Translations under genes and position numbers: made by a program | Part shown: positions 9,581 to 18,160 of the stretch, one piece after another | Position numbering within the stretch: the first letter of the stretch is position 1 | Layout: every line of letters starts with the position of its first letter | Notes under the pieces: model-generated | What the model was told of the DNA's origin: nothing | Database searches by the model: none | What the model saw: the letters and a program-made list of their open reading frames with translations, nothing else | Virus record (IMG/VR): IMGVR_UViG_3300013136_000004 | Coordinates: 1-53,700 of that record | From: a virus | Lineage: Duplodnaviria > Caudoviricetes | Length of the DNA stretch: 53,700 bases | Reading direction: 5' to 3' (one strand)

Positions 9581-9728
9581 AAACTTAGGGATTGTCTGGT
9601 ACAAAGGTCAATTTCGATATGCAATCTCAATCAAAGAACTCAAGAGAGAAAGATTCGAAGCAGTTCTTGTAAGCAGGAAAAAAATAATTATTAAGAAGGA
9701 AGAAATCAAACGAATGCCGAAAAAAAAT

Positions 9729-9857
9729 TTTTCATAAAAAATAAAATACCATTTCCAGTCCCGTCATTATTGACTAAAAAAATTTTATAAAAATTAAAAA
9801 TAATGGTTGACAAAGGTTTTAAAATATGCTATAATATTATTAAATTTAAAAATTAAT
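9729..9857 (+). promoter_or_regulatory. Repeated early promoter block, copy 2
   Basis: TTGACA (9807)-N17-TATAAT (9830), a perfect sigma70 consensus; ~130 bp nearly identical to 11273-11401. Confidence 0.88.
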
Positions 9858-9886
9858 ATGTCGATGTTGCATAGGGAGAATCAGAT

Positions 9887-10357
9887 ATGATGCCATTTAT
9901 CCACGATGACGGAGGAAGAGCAGAAGCAGGGTATAAAGGGCTCGCAAACGATTGCGTTGTCAGAGCCATCGCTATCGCATCCGGACTACCCTACCAGGAA
10001 GTATATGACGCAATTAACTCTCTCAGCCTTAAAGAGAGAGTAACCAAATCGATGCAGCGCCGCTCCTCTTCTCGAGAAGGAGTCTATAAGAAGACCTACG
10101 AAAAATATCTTTTCTCTCTCGGATGGAAGTGGACTCCTACAATGAAAATCGGCTCAGGGTGTAAGGTCCATCTCACAGAAGGAGAATTGCCTGGAGGGAG
10201 AATCATCTGTCGACTCTCAAGACACATTACTGCGGTAATCGATGGAGTAATACACGACAATCACAACCCACAGAGAGAGACTCACGTCGTCGATGGCTGT
10301 GGCAACGTAAGTATACAGAAACGATGTGTCTACGGATACTGGTCGAAGGAGCAATGA
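9887..10357 (+). CDS. Conserved phage hypothetical protein (DCVVRAIA family; possible Cys-His-Asp enzyme)
   Basis: DCVVRAIAIA...HITAVIDGVIHD...VYGYW; GGGAG RBS. Confidence 0.7.
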   Translation: MMPFIHDDGGRAEAGYKGLANDCVVRAIAIASGLPYQEVYDAINSLSLKERVTKSMQRRSSSREGVYKKTYEKYLFSLGWKWTPTMKIGSGCKVHLTEGELPGGRIICRLSRHITAVIDGVIHDNHNPQRETHVVDGCGNVSIQKRCVYGYWSKEQ

Positions 10358-10551
10358 AGATGAAATTCAAAAAGGGGCAGACCTATAGAGCAGCCATCCA
10401 AGGAATGAATATATACAAGATACACATTCTTGCCGTCATCGAAGGAATGGTTGTTTACAGATGGTATGGGCGTCACAAACAATGGTGGCACTATTCAATT
10501 GAAACAAAAGAAATGGTAGAGTTTTTTATCAAGAATGCAAAAGGAGAATAG
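10354..10551 (+). CDS. Hypothetical protein
   Basis: ATGA overlap with the upstream gene; AAGGAG RBS. Confidence 0.55.
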   Translation: MKMKFKKGQTYRAAIQGMNIYKIHILAVIEGMVVYRWYGRHKQWWHYSIETKEMVEFFIKNAKGE

Positions 10552-10553
10552 AA

Positions 10554-10841
10554 ATGATAGAAGGGAGATGTAAAAAGAACGTATCTACTGATGGATGGCA
10601 CCGGCATCAATGTCGCAACAAAGTTGTAAAAGATGGCTATTGTATGATTCACCATCCCGATTCAGAAAATAGGAGAGCAGAGAAGTCTGAAAAACTCGAG
10701 GAAGAAAAAAGGCAGAAGCATCCTCTCTTTCTGGCAATGAAAAAAGTTCAAGAACTCTCAATAGAGAATAAAATTCTCAAAGAGAGGATAGAACAACTCG
10801 AATCTCAACTCAAATTATCAAAGGAGAATGAAAATGATTGA
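10554..10841 (+). CDS. Zinc-finger plus coiled-coil protein
   Basis: C...C...YCMIHHP motif followed by a heptad-rich tail. Confidence 0.6.
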   Translation: MIEGRCKKNVSTDGWHRHQCRNKVVKDGYCMIHHPDSENRRAEKSEKLEEEKRQKHPLFLAMKKVQELSIENKILKERIEQLESQLKLSKENEND

Positions 10842-11068
10842 CGGGCAAGAATTTCTCGTCGTGTTTCTTTTCGTGGCACTCTTAATAATCGCAAAGACCT
10901 GGTGGGATACGAGGAAGAGATGAAAAAGTATATATTTCATTTGAGTAGATATAGGAAGAGGAGTTTCGAGAACAAGAGAGTCGAAGTACTTGCTGATAGC
11001 TTTCTCGAAGCAATCTCCTCGGTCAAAGTCGAATTTCCATATTTCGAAATAAATATGGCCTGGCCTGA

Positions 11069-11266
11069 ATGGAGATAAGGATGAACTACTTCTGCCCCTC
11101 CTGCAAGAAAGAGCTAAGAGCAGTTCCAGATTGGCTCAACACAAGAAGAACCGATAGAGAAGAGCTCTCAGAATACGAAGTCTTCTTCGAATACACAGAC
11201 CCGGACAGAAGAATATGGAGGACGATTTATAAATGTTCTGGCTGTGGAGCAGAAGGAGAAATTTAA
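11069..11266 (+). CDS. Small zinc-ribbon protein
   Basis: CPSC...CSGC. Confidence 0.5.
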   Translation: MEIRMNYFCPSCKKELRAVPDWLNTRRTDREELSEYEVFFEYTDPDRRIWRTIYKCSGCGAEGEI

Positions 11267-11272
11267 AATTTA

Positions 11273-11401
11273 TTTTCATAAAAAATAAAATACCATTTCC
11301 AGTCCCGTCATTATTGACTAAAAAAATTTTATAAAAATTAAAAATAATGGTTGACAAAGGTTTTAAAATATCCTACAATATTATTAAATTTAAAAATTAA
11401 T
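11273..11401 (+). promoter_or_regulatory. Repeated early promoter block, copy 3
   Basis: TTGACA (11351)-N17-TACAAT (11374). Confidence 0.88.
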
Positions 11402-11420
11402 GTCAACCAAGGAGGATAAA

Positions 11421-11729
11421 ATGAAAGAGTACAAAGTCTATTATCAGAAAGACCCTCACTTCCATCTTCCGGGAACAATCTACTCTTTGGACAAAATCGA
11501 AAACACCCACGTCTATCTCGGAACCGTAATAGCAAAAGACATCGAAAAAGTTTTCATCGAAATGCAAGGTGAAGTCTGGTCGCCAAGAGGAGAAGCTCGT
11601 CCCTTCATCGAGGCAGCAGGATTATACCATACCTCGATGAGCGTCGGCGATATCGTCGAGACAGAAGACGGATTCTTTTCATGCGGAACCTTTGGATGGG
11701 AATTCTTAGGAGAAAGGAGAAGAATATGA
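11421..11729 (+). CDS. YodL-like domain protein
   Basis: HTSMSVGDIV...FFSCGTFGW motif; AAGGAGG RBS. Confidence 0.7.
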   Translation: MKEYKVYYQKDPHFHLPGTIYSLDKIENTHVYLGTVIAKDIEKVFIEMQGEVWSPRGEARPFIEAAGLYHTSMSVGDIVETEDGFFSCGTFGWEFLGERRRI

Positions 11730-11965
11730 CAGAGAGATATTGGGAATATCCAAGAGACACAAGAAGATTCGCCTTTCAGCCCGGCGACAAGATTGTCGGC
11801 AAAGGGAAATATGCAGGGAAAGAAGGAACCATCGTCGAAATAAGAGTCAGGGTGAAAGAGTCCTGGAAAAAATTCCGTGACACTTACTACACAGTCGAAC
11901 TCAAAGGCGGGAAGAGAATAGTAATGCAAGGCGGAAACGGATTGAGAAAGGCAGAAAATGCTTAA
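11726..11965 (+). CDS. KOW/SH3-like small protein
   Basis: FQPGDKIVGKGKYAGKEGTIVEI. Confidence 0.6.
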   Translation: MTERYWEYPRDTRRFAFQPGDKIVGKGKYAGKEGTIVEIRVRVKESWKKFRDTYYTVELKGGKRIVMQGGNGLRKAENA

Positions 11966-12121
11966 CACTTGCCTCTTCAGATGTAATGAATGCGGCTATC
12001 TTGTCAGTCTCTCACAGTGTAGAATCGAAAGCGAGGGCAAGGGGATTGAGAAAGAGAGCTATTACGTTCACAACGGATGCGGCGGAACAATTTCCGTCAT
12101 AAAAGAAAAGGAGGAAAAGAA

Positions 12122-13171
12122 ATGAAGGGTTCATCTATCAACACACTGTGGCAAGAGGTAGAGAGAGTGGAACAGGCGAAGCAAGATTTCATCATCTCCT
12201 CACAGTCTCTCTCGATGGTCGAGCAGGAAGAACTTCCACTCCTGGACATCCCCTCTATCGGAAAGTTCGGTCTCACAGAACACGCTCATCTGCAGATGGC
12301 GGAGAGGCTCCAAATTCCGAAGAAGTATTACGACCGGATGAGGACAGAGGCTCCTGACCTTCTGTGCCTCAACGTCAATCAGTGGCTGAAGAAGCCAGAA
12401 TCCGAGAAGCGCCTGGTTCGCACCTTGGACGGAAGAGTCCGGGCTATTCTATCGGACCGGTATCGTCCATACGATAATTACCCGGTTGCGCTTGGCGTAA
12501 TGGAAGGTCTGAAGGGCATCGAAGACCTGGAAATCCAATCTGCTAACCTGACAGATACAAATCTTTACATCCAGGTCGTTTCTCCTCGAATCCAGGACAT
12601 GGTGAAAGTAAACGACATCGTTCAAGCCGGCATCATGGTTTCAAATTCAGAAATCGGACTCGGTGCTGTCCGAGTAGAACCTCTCGTCTGGCGCCTCAAA
12701 TGTCTTAACGGAATGGTTCTTTCTGAAACTCTCCGGAAAGCCCATATCGGCAGAAAACTTGGAGAAGATGGATATGTCGATACAAAATACTTTCAGCAGG
12801 AAACCATTGCCGCTGATATGAAGGCGTTCATGATGACGGTCAGAGATATGGTGAAGGCTGCTGTCTCAGACGTCTCTCTCTTCCAGGCAGGAGTTGAGAA
12901 GCTGAAGGTTGCTTCTGGAATCCCAATTTCCGGAAAACTGGAAAGCGTTATCGAAAATGTTACAACTCGCTTCTCTTTCTCGGCGGACGAGAAAGACCAG
13001 ATGTTCAAGAATCTGATTTCAGATGGAGACTTGACTCGGTGGGGACTCGCAAACGCCATCACAGCAGTCGGCAGAGAAGTCGAAAATGCAGATAGAGCGG
13101 CATTCTTGGAAAGGACTGGCGGAAACATAATCGAGCTTTCGGAGAAAGACTGGAGTGTAATCAATAATTAG
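12122..13171 (+). CDS. DUF932/DUF945-family protein
   Basis: RLVRTLDGRVRAILSDRY, SNSEIGLG, RLKCLNGM, TRWGLANAIT motifs; AAGGAGG RBS. Confidence 0.8.
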   Translation: MKGSSINTLWQEVERVEQAKQDFIISSQSLSMVEQEELPLLDIPSIGKFGLTEHAHLQMAERLQIPKKYYDRMRTEAPDLLCLNVNQWLKKPESEKRLVRTLDGRVRAILSDRYRPYDNYPVALGVMEGLKGIEDLEIQSANLTDTNLYIQVVSPRIQDMVKVNDIVQAGIMVSNSEIGLGAVRVEPLVWRLKCLNGMVLSETLRKAHIGRKLGEDGYVDTKYFQQETIAADMKAFMMTVRDMVKAAVSDVSLFQAGVEKLKVASGIPISGKLESVIENVTTRFSFSADEKDQMFKNLISDGDLTRWGLANAITAVGREVENADRAAFLERTGGNIIELSEKDWSVINN

Positions 13172-13177
13172 TTTTGC

Positions 13178-13248
13178 GAAGCGGGAGGGTCTCAATCGCA
13201 AGGCAGACAGGGGCATCTCTAACCCGTTAGCCTCCCGCTTCTTCTTTT
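13178..13248 (+). terminator. Long-loop hairpin, probable terminator
   Basis: GAAGCGGGAGG ... CCTCCCGCTTC 11-bp inverted repeat followed by TTCTTTT. Confidence 0.55.
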
Positions 13249-13548
13249 CAAAAAGGACGAGAAATGACTCAAGAAGAAATAGCCATAGTTATATTTGTAT
13301 TTGTAGCAGGTTGGATAGCAGGTAATTTGAATGGAAGGAGGGAAAATGAAAAATCAAAAAGAATCAAATGAAGAGCTCGAAAAAATCCTTGCAGAGCTCA
13401 AGGAATGCAACATAATCAAAACACAATCTGACTACGCAGTCCTCTCTTCTGCCCTTTCAAGAGCCTTCGGATATGGATTTCGATTTGGCCTTGAGCAGAA
13501 GATAAGCGCCTCTATATGAAAGAAAATTGATAATATTAAAAAAATAAC

Positions 13549-13577
13549 TTGACATTTTAAAAAATTTATCATAAAAT
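13549..13577 (+). promoter_or_regulatory. Sigma70-type promoter of the replication operon
   Basis: TTGACA-N17-TAAAAT upstream of 13611. Confidence 0.65.
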
Positions 13578-13610
13578 TCTTATATATTATAAAAGAAAGG
13601 AGGTGATGAG

Positions 13611-13814
13611 ATGAGATATACAGCACTTGAGAGGAGCTCTCCTGATGCCAAAAAGATAGTTGTTAGTACATATCTTAACAAGGAAGTTGCAGAAGAAATG
13701 TTTAAGGAAGCTCAGAAACAGAATCGGTCAATGGCAGCGCAGATTTCCTTTGTCTGCAAATGCTGGTTAGAGAAGAAAAGGGAACAAGAGAAAGAAACAG
13801 AGATTGATTCCTAA
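13611..13814 (+). CDS. Arc/ribbon-helix-helix DNA-binding protein
   Basis: VSTYLNKEVAEEMFKEAQKQNRSMAAQI; AGGAGG RBS. Confidence 0.7.
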   Translation: MRYTALERSSPDAKKIVVSTYLNKEVAEEMFKEAQKQNRSMAAQISFVCKCWLEKKREQEKETEIDS

Positions 13815-13838
13815 CTATCATTTAAGGAGGGACGAGAA

Positions 13839-14249
13839 ATGGTATTACCGGAAGCATATTCGAAGTATAATTATCTTACTGCCTGCAACCTCATGACAGG
13901 GAGAGGAGAAATTACATATGAAGAATTTCCTGCTGATGAGATAGAGGCAGCCAATACAATCGTTTTAGAAGATGAGAAAACTCCTGAGAATATCCTCTTC
14001 AGAAAGAGCGCACTCGATACTCTTTCTGAAGAGGCTCAGAAGGTTATTGAATTGATTCTTGATGCACCAGAGCAGTTGATGGCGTATGCCTCTACTCTTG
14101 ATGGTTCATACCATTCTCCTAAATACAAGAAGGGCAAAAAAGTAAGTCTAACAAACGTCGAGTTTTATATCCGAGATAACTGGAAATGGAAATGGGAACA
14201 AATCTGGAGCACAACCAAAGAAATAAGACGCGCCGTCAGTCTGCTATAA
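13839..14249 (+). CDS. Hypothetical protein, sigma region 4-like transcription regulator candidate
   Basis: TPENILFRKSALDTLSEEAQKVIELI resembles the entry to sigma region 4; AAGGAGG RBS. Confidence 0.45.
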   Translation: MVLPEAYSKYNYLTACNLMTGRGEITYEEFPADEIEAANTIVLEDEKTPENILFRKSALDTLSEEAQKVIELILDAPEQLMAYASTLDGSYHSPKYKKGKKVSLTNVEFYIRDNWKWKWEQIWSTTKEIRRAVSLL

Positions 14250-14292
14250 AACATGATAGCACCGGCGAGATTTAATTGTGCAGGTAGAGAAA

Positions 14293-15702
14293 ATGAAGAT
14301 TGATATAATCTCACCTGTATTTTGCCATACAAGTGATTACAAGCGTCTACAACCAGCTCTTCAATATCAAAAAGAGTATTGGAGAAAGAAGCAATATTCA
14401 AAAGAGCAATGTTTCTATCTTTCAAGTCTTGTTGATTCTAAAGGGATATTTCTAAGAGGCCTTCTTCCTCGAGCAATCGAATATCTCAAGAATGAAAATA
14501 TTCCTTTTGAGGTTATAGGTGGAGGACCAGAAAAATTTCTCGAATATAGAATTCCATCTGAATTATCCGGTCTCCAGGCAAGAGATTATCAGATAGATGC
14601 AGTCGAAAAAATATTCTATCACAAGAGAGGTGTGATAGTGGTTGTTACCGGAGGAGGAAAAACCTTCATTGCAGCTCTTGCTATTAAATCCATTGTTGGC
14701 TACAGACCGAAAGTTCTCTTTCTCTGCAATACTATCGGACTCCTTCGACAAACAACAACAAAATTCAAAGAATACGGAATCAACAACATCTGCTCAATAG
14801 GTGAAGGGAAAAAAGAGATAACAGCAGATGTTGTCGTCTCAACAATCCAGAGCTTCGCTCGATTAGATGTTGAGTCTCTGAAAGACCACTTCGACATGAT
14901 AATTGTGGATGAAGCTCATCATGTAAGGATGTTTGATGGCGTTTGGACAAAGGTTCTCTCAGGTCTCAACGCTCTCTACAGAATAGGGCTTACAGCAACT
15001 CCTCCTTTAAATGAAGAAGGAGTTCTCTGTCTTGAAGGCCATATTGGTCCTATCATCTCAGAGATGATGCATCCTGAGGCGATTTCAAGAAAAATAATTG
15101 TAAATGTATTTCTCAATTTGATAAAAATACCTTATAATAATGATATCGCACAACTAAAGAATTACAAGGATGTTTACAGGCAAGGAATCGTCGAGGATTA
15201 TCTCTACAATAAAATTGTTGTGGAGGAAGTTAAGAGACTCTCAGACATCGGGCTCACGTCTTTAATCTATGTTTCACAGATTAACCACCTTCTCAAAATA
15301 CAAGCACTTTTAAATAGATATGAAATCCCCTCTTCTCCTGTTTACGGAAATGTGTCAGGAGAAGAAAGAGAAAAAATTAGAATCAGTCTTCACAGAAAAG
15401 AAATAATGGCAGTTGTAGCAACGACTGCCTGGAAAGAAGGAATCGACATCCCCTCTCTCAATAATATTAGTCTTGCCGCTCAAGGAAAAGACGAGATTGC
15501 TCTTCTTCAAAATATAGGAAGAGGTGTAAGAAGAGATGAAGGGAAAACTGAATTGATTCTTACTGATTTCTTCAATCCATCCCAGTACTATCTTGTGAAG
15601 CATTTTGGCGAAAGACTTTCTCTCTATTTCGAAAGAGGATGGATTGGAAAAGAATTTGAAAAATCTTATCGACAAAATCCCTCTCCTGATAGAAAACTTT
15701 GA
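14293..15702 (+). CDS. Superfamily 2 DEAH helicase (UvsW/T5 D10-like)
   Basis: RDYQ Q-motif, TGGGKT Walker A, VDEAHH, GLTATP, EGIDIP, QNIGRGVR. Confidence 0.93.
   Translation: MKIDIISPVFCHTSDYKRLQPALQYQKEYWRKKQYSKEQCFYLSSLVDSKGIFLRGLLPRAIEYLKNENIPFEVIGGGPEKFLEYRIPSELSGLQARDYQIDAVEKIFYHKRGVIVVVTGGGKTFIAALAIKSIVGYRPKVLFLCNTIGLLRQTTTKFKEYGINNICSIGEGKKEITADVVVSTIQSFARLDVESLKDHFDMIIVDEAHHVRMFDGVWTKVLSGLNALYRIGLTATPPLNEEGVLCLEGHIGPIISEMMHPEAISRKIIVNVFLNLIKIPYNNDIAQLKNYKDVYRQGIVEDYLYNKIVVEEVKRLSDIGLTSLIYVSQINHLLKIQALLNRYEIPSSPVYGNVSGEEREKIRISLHRKEIMAVVATTAWKEGIDIPSLNNISLAAQGKDEIALLQNIGRGVRRDEGKTELILTDFFNPSQYYLVKHFGERLSLYFERGWIGKEFEKSYRQNPSPDRKL
15110..15138 (+). promoter_or_regulatory. Phage-specific promoter motif (internal to the helicase gene)
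   Basis: TTCTCAATTT-N13-TATAAT, one of six copies. Confidence 0.6.
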
Positions 15703-16585
15703 TATCTTTTCTTTCCTCGATACCAATTCCATAGATTACTCTACAAAAGGAAAAAACATAGGACGAGGGTGGATTGGCCTTGACTGTCCTTTCTGTGGAG
15801 ATTCATCTAATCATTTTGGATGGAATTTAAAGCAAAAGAACTATAGTTGCTGGGTTTGCGGAGAAAAAGGAAACACAATAGTTCTCATCAGAAGACTTCT
15901 CAAGTGTGGGTTTTATGATGCGCTCGAAGTTCTTTCATCTCATCAATCAGCTAAATTAATTATTGATGATGATATTCCTCTTGTTCCTCACGGAACAAAC
16001 ATTATTCCTTCTCAGGCAACAAAAGGACTTCTTCCTCGACATCGAGAATATCTAATAGAAAGAAATTTCAATCCAGATGAGATAGAAGAAAAATATCATC
16101 TCTATAGCTGTCATACATACGGTTTTTATAAGCATTCAATTATCATTCCGATAATCTATAATCGAGAAATTGTCTCCTTCACATCCCGAGATATAACAGG
16201 AATGAGGCCGAGCAGATATATTTCTTGTCCTCTCGATAAATCTATCATCTCAATAAAAGAAACACTCTATGGAATAGATGAGGTGAACGAATCTTGCGTT
16301 GTAGTTGAGGGTCCATTTGATAAATGGAGAATAGGAGATGGAGTGGTTGCCTCAATGAGTAAAGTAATCACTCGAAAACAGATTCTTCAGCTGATAGAAA
16401 AAAAAGTTAAAAATATTTTTATTCTTTTTGACTCAGAAGCGAAGGTGAGAGCAAATTACACAGCTAATCTACTTTCATTGACTGGACAATTTAAGTCTGT
16501 AGAAATTCTTGATATTGATTGCGAAGAACCTGAGTTCTTAAGCAAAGAAGATGTTGATTATATAAGAAAAGAATTTATTTTTTAG
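15605..16585 (+). CDS. DNA primase (zinc finger plus TOPRIM); start uncertain
   Basis: CPFCGD...H...CWVC zinc finger, IIIPI...FTSR, VVEGPFD, LFDSE. Confidence 0.88.
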   Translation: MAKDFLSISKEDGLEKNLKNLIDKIPLLIENFDIFSFLDTNSIDYSTKGKNIGRGWIGLDCPFCGDSSNHFGWNLKQKNYSCWVCGEKGNTIVLIRRLLKCGFYDALEVLSSHQSAKLIIDDDIPLVPHGTNIIPSQATKGLLPRHREYLIERNFNPDEIEEKYHLYSCHTYGFYKHSIIIPIIYNREIVSFTSRDITGMRPSRYISCPLDKSIISIKETLYGIDEVNESCVVVEGPFDKWRIGDGVVASMSKVITRKQILQLIEKKVKNIFILFDSEAKVRANYTANLLSLTGQFKSVEILDIDCEEPEFLSKEDVDYIRKEFIF

Positions 16586-16611
16586 AACATTAAAATCTTG
16601 TTTATTTATAC

Positions 16612-16790
16612 AAGAAGAACAGCATTAAGTTGATTATTTTAACCGGCCGACCAAGACATATTGAAGCCTTTTTGAAGGTGGGTAGAGATACTTTAGATGC
16701 TGCTCTTCTTTATTCACCAAAGTAGATTTGAGTTTTCCTTGGTCGGCAAACTCAATTTCTACCCACCTTCAAAAAGGCTTTTTTATTTTT
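16612..16790 (+). promoter_or_regulatory. Structured leader with four interleaved inverted repeats upstream of the replication initiator
   Basis: 23-bp perfect IR (16664-16686/16758-16780), 10-bp IR (16646-16655/16738-16747), 13/14 IR (16612-16625/16697-16710), 8-bp IR (16728-16735/16748-16755), then a T run. Confidence 0.65.
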
Positions 16791-16806
16791 CAAAATAGGA
16801 GGCTCT

Positions 16807-18159
16807 ATGGAATCTGACCATCTCTACTCCTCTCAACAAGAAGAGGACCCAGATGTAGCATTTGCAAGAGAAATAGGAAAATGCTACATCAAGTACTTCA
16901 ACATCCCCATCGAAATCTACAAAGACAAAAGACTCACAGCAAATGAAAAATTCCTCTATGCACTCATAAATCTCCTCGATAATGAAAGAGGCTGCTTCGC
17001 AAGTAACCAGAGATTGGCAGATGATTTAGGCCTCTCAATTGATGTTGTTTCGACAGGAGTTGCAAAGCTTGGGAGATTAGGATATGTGAAAAAAACGAGC
17101 TTCGATGGAAGAAATAGAGTGATGAGAGTGATGTGGAAAGGAGGAAAATTGCCTCATCCTCCCGATGAAGAGAGTATGAGGCATACGGAGAAGAGCGGGA
17201 ACAGTATCGAGAGAAGGGAGGGAACAGTACCCGTAGAAGAGCGGGAACAGTATCGAGAGAAGGGAGGGAACAGTATTCTCTCTTCGGCAGGACATATAAA
17301 TATAAATGATGAATATAATGTTAATACTATTTCTTCTTCGAAGAATATTACATATTCTTCTCAAAAAGAAATAGAGGAGGTTCCTTCGGAACCCACCGTT
17401 CTCCCTACCAAGGTTTCTCTTCTAAAACAAAAGCAGGAAGAAAAAAGAAAAGAAGCTGCTCAGCAATCAAAGCCTGCTCAGATACAAATATCAGATGATG
17501 AAAAGAAAATTGTCGAGTACTGGGAAAGTCTTGGATTGCATAAAACTGCTCGCGATACAAAAACTTTCGCCGACTCGATAAGGAGCCTCAGAAAAATCTT
17601 GCGAGGAACTCTTTTCAAAGGATGCACCTATACACTCGATGATATGAAAACATCAATTGTGAATTTTTCTCTTTCTGCCTTTGATGAAATGTATGAGCCA
17701 TCAAATCCTGAGCAAAAGAAGAGAATTAGTAAGATGAGCTTTTCAGACTTTCTCTACAATCCTTTCTCAAAATCAGAAAGAAGTTTTTTTCTCATCTATC
17801 TCAATTCACCAAAACAATCAACAAGAGTAGTCGAAGATAAATTTCCGGAGCTAACAAAAACATTCAAGAAAATCTACGAGGAGAAATTGCTCGGAGACAT
17901 TCATCCTTCGTATTCAGAGTCAGAGGAAAGTTGCTTCCGACTCTCAGCGATACGTACAAATGAATTCTTCTCCAAGCACCGAGGGAAGATGAACTCCATT
18001 CTTGTAAGGACACCAAAAGACCTTGCAGGAATGGTTGTAGAATCAGTCCTTGAAGATAAAGGAGATATGAGTATCACTCCTGCCTGGTTATGCTCGAACA
18101 CAACTTTCAATCGAAGACTTCCGACATATTTGACTGAGCAAAACGTAATCGAGGGATAA
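16807..18159 (+). CDS. Replication initiator protein (N-terminal winged HTH, lambda O-like organisation)
   Basis: LTANEKFLYALI...GCFASNQRLADDLGLS...LGRLGYV wHTH; internal iterons; directly upstream of the DnaB-like gene. Confidence 0.8.
   Translation: MESDHLYSSQQEEDPDVAFAREIGKCYIKYFNIPIEIYKDKRLTANEKFLYALINLLDNERGCFASNQRLADDLGLSIDVVSTGVAKLGRLGYVKKTSFDGRNRVMRVMWKGGKLPHPPDEESMRHTEKSGNSIERREGTVPVEEREQYREKGGNSILSSAGHININDEYNVNTISSSKNITYSSQKEIEEVPSEPTVLPTKVSLLKQKQEEKRKEAAQQSKPAQIQISDDEKKIVEYWESLGLHKTARDTKTFADSIRSLRKILRGTLFKGCTYTLDDMKTSIVNFSLSAFDEMYEPSNPEQKKRISKMSFSDFLYNPFSKSERSFFLIYLNSPKQSTRVVEDKFPELTKTFKKIYEEKLLGDIHPSYSESEESCFRLSAIRTNEFFSKHRGKMNSILVRTPKDLAGMVVESVLEDKGDMSITPAWLCSNTTFNRRLPTYLTEQNVIEG
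17189..17275 (+). repeat. Iterons, putative replication origin
   Basis: GGGAACAGTA at 17197, 17220, 17243 and 17266 (exact 23-bp period), forming two 41-bp direct repeats; AT-rich stretch follows. Confidence 0.8.
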
Positions 18160-18160
18160 A

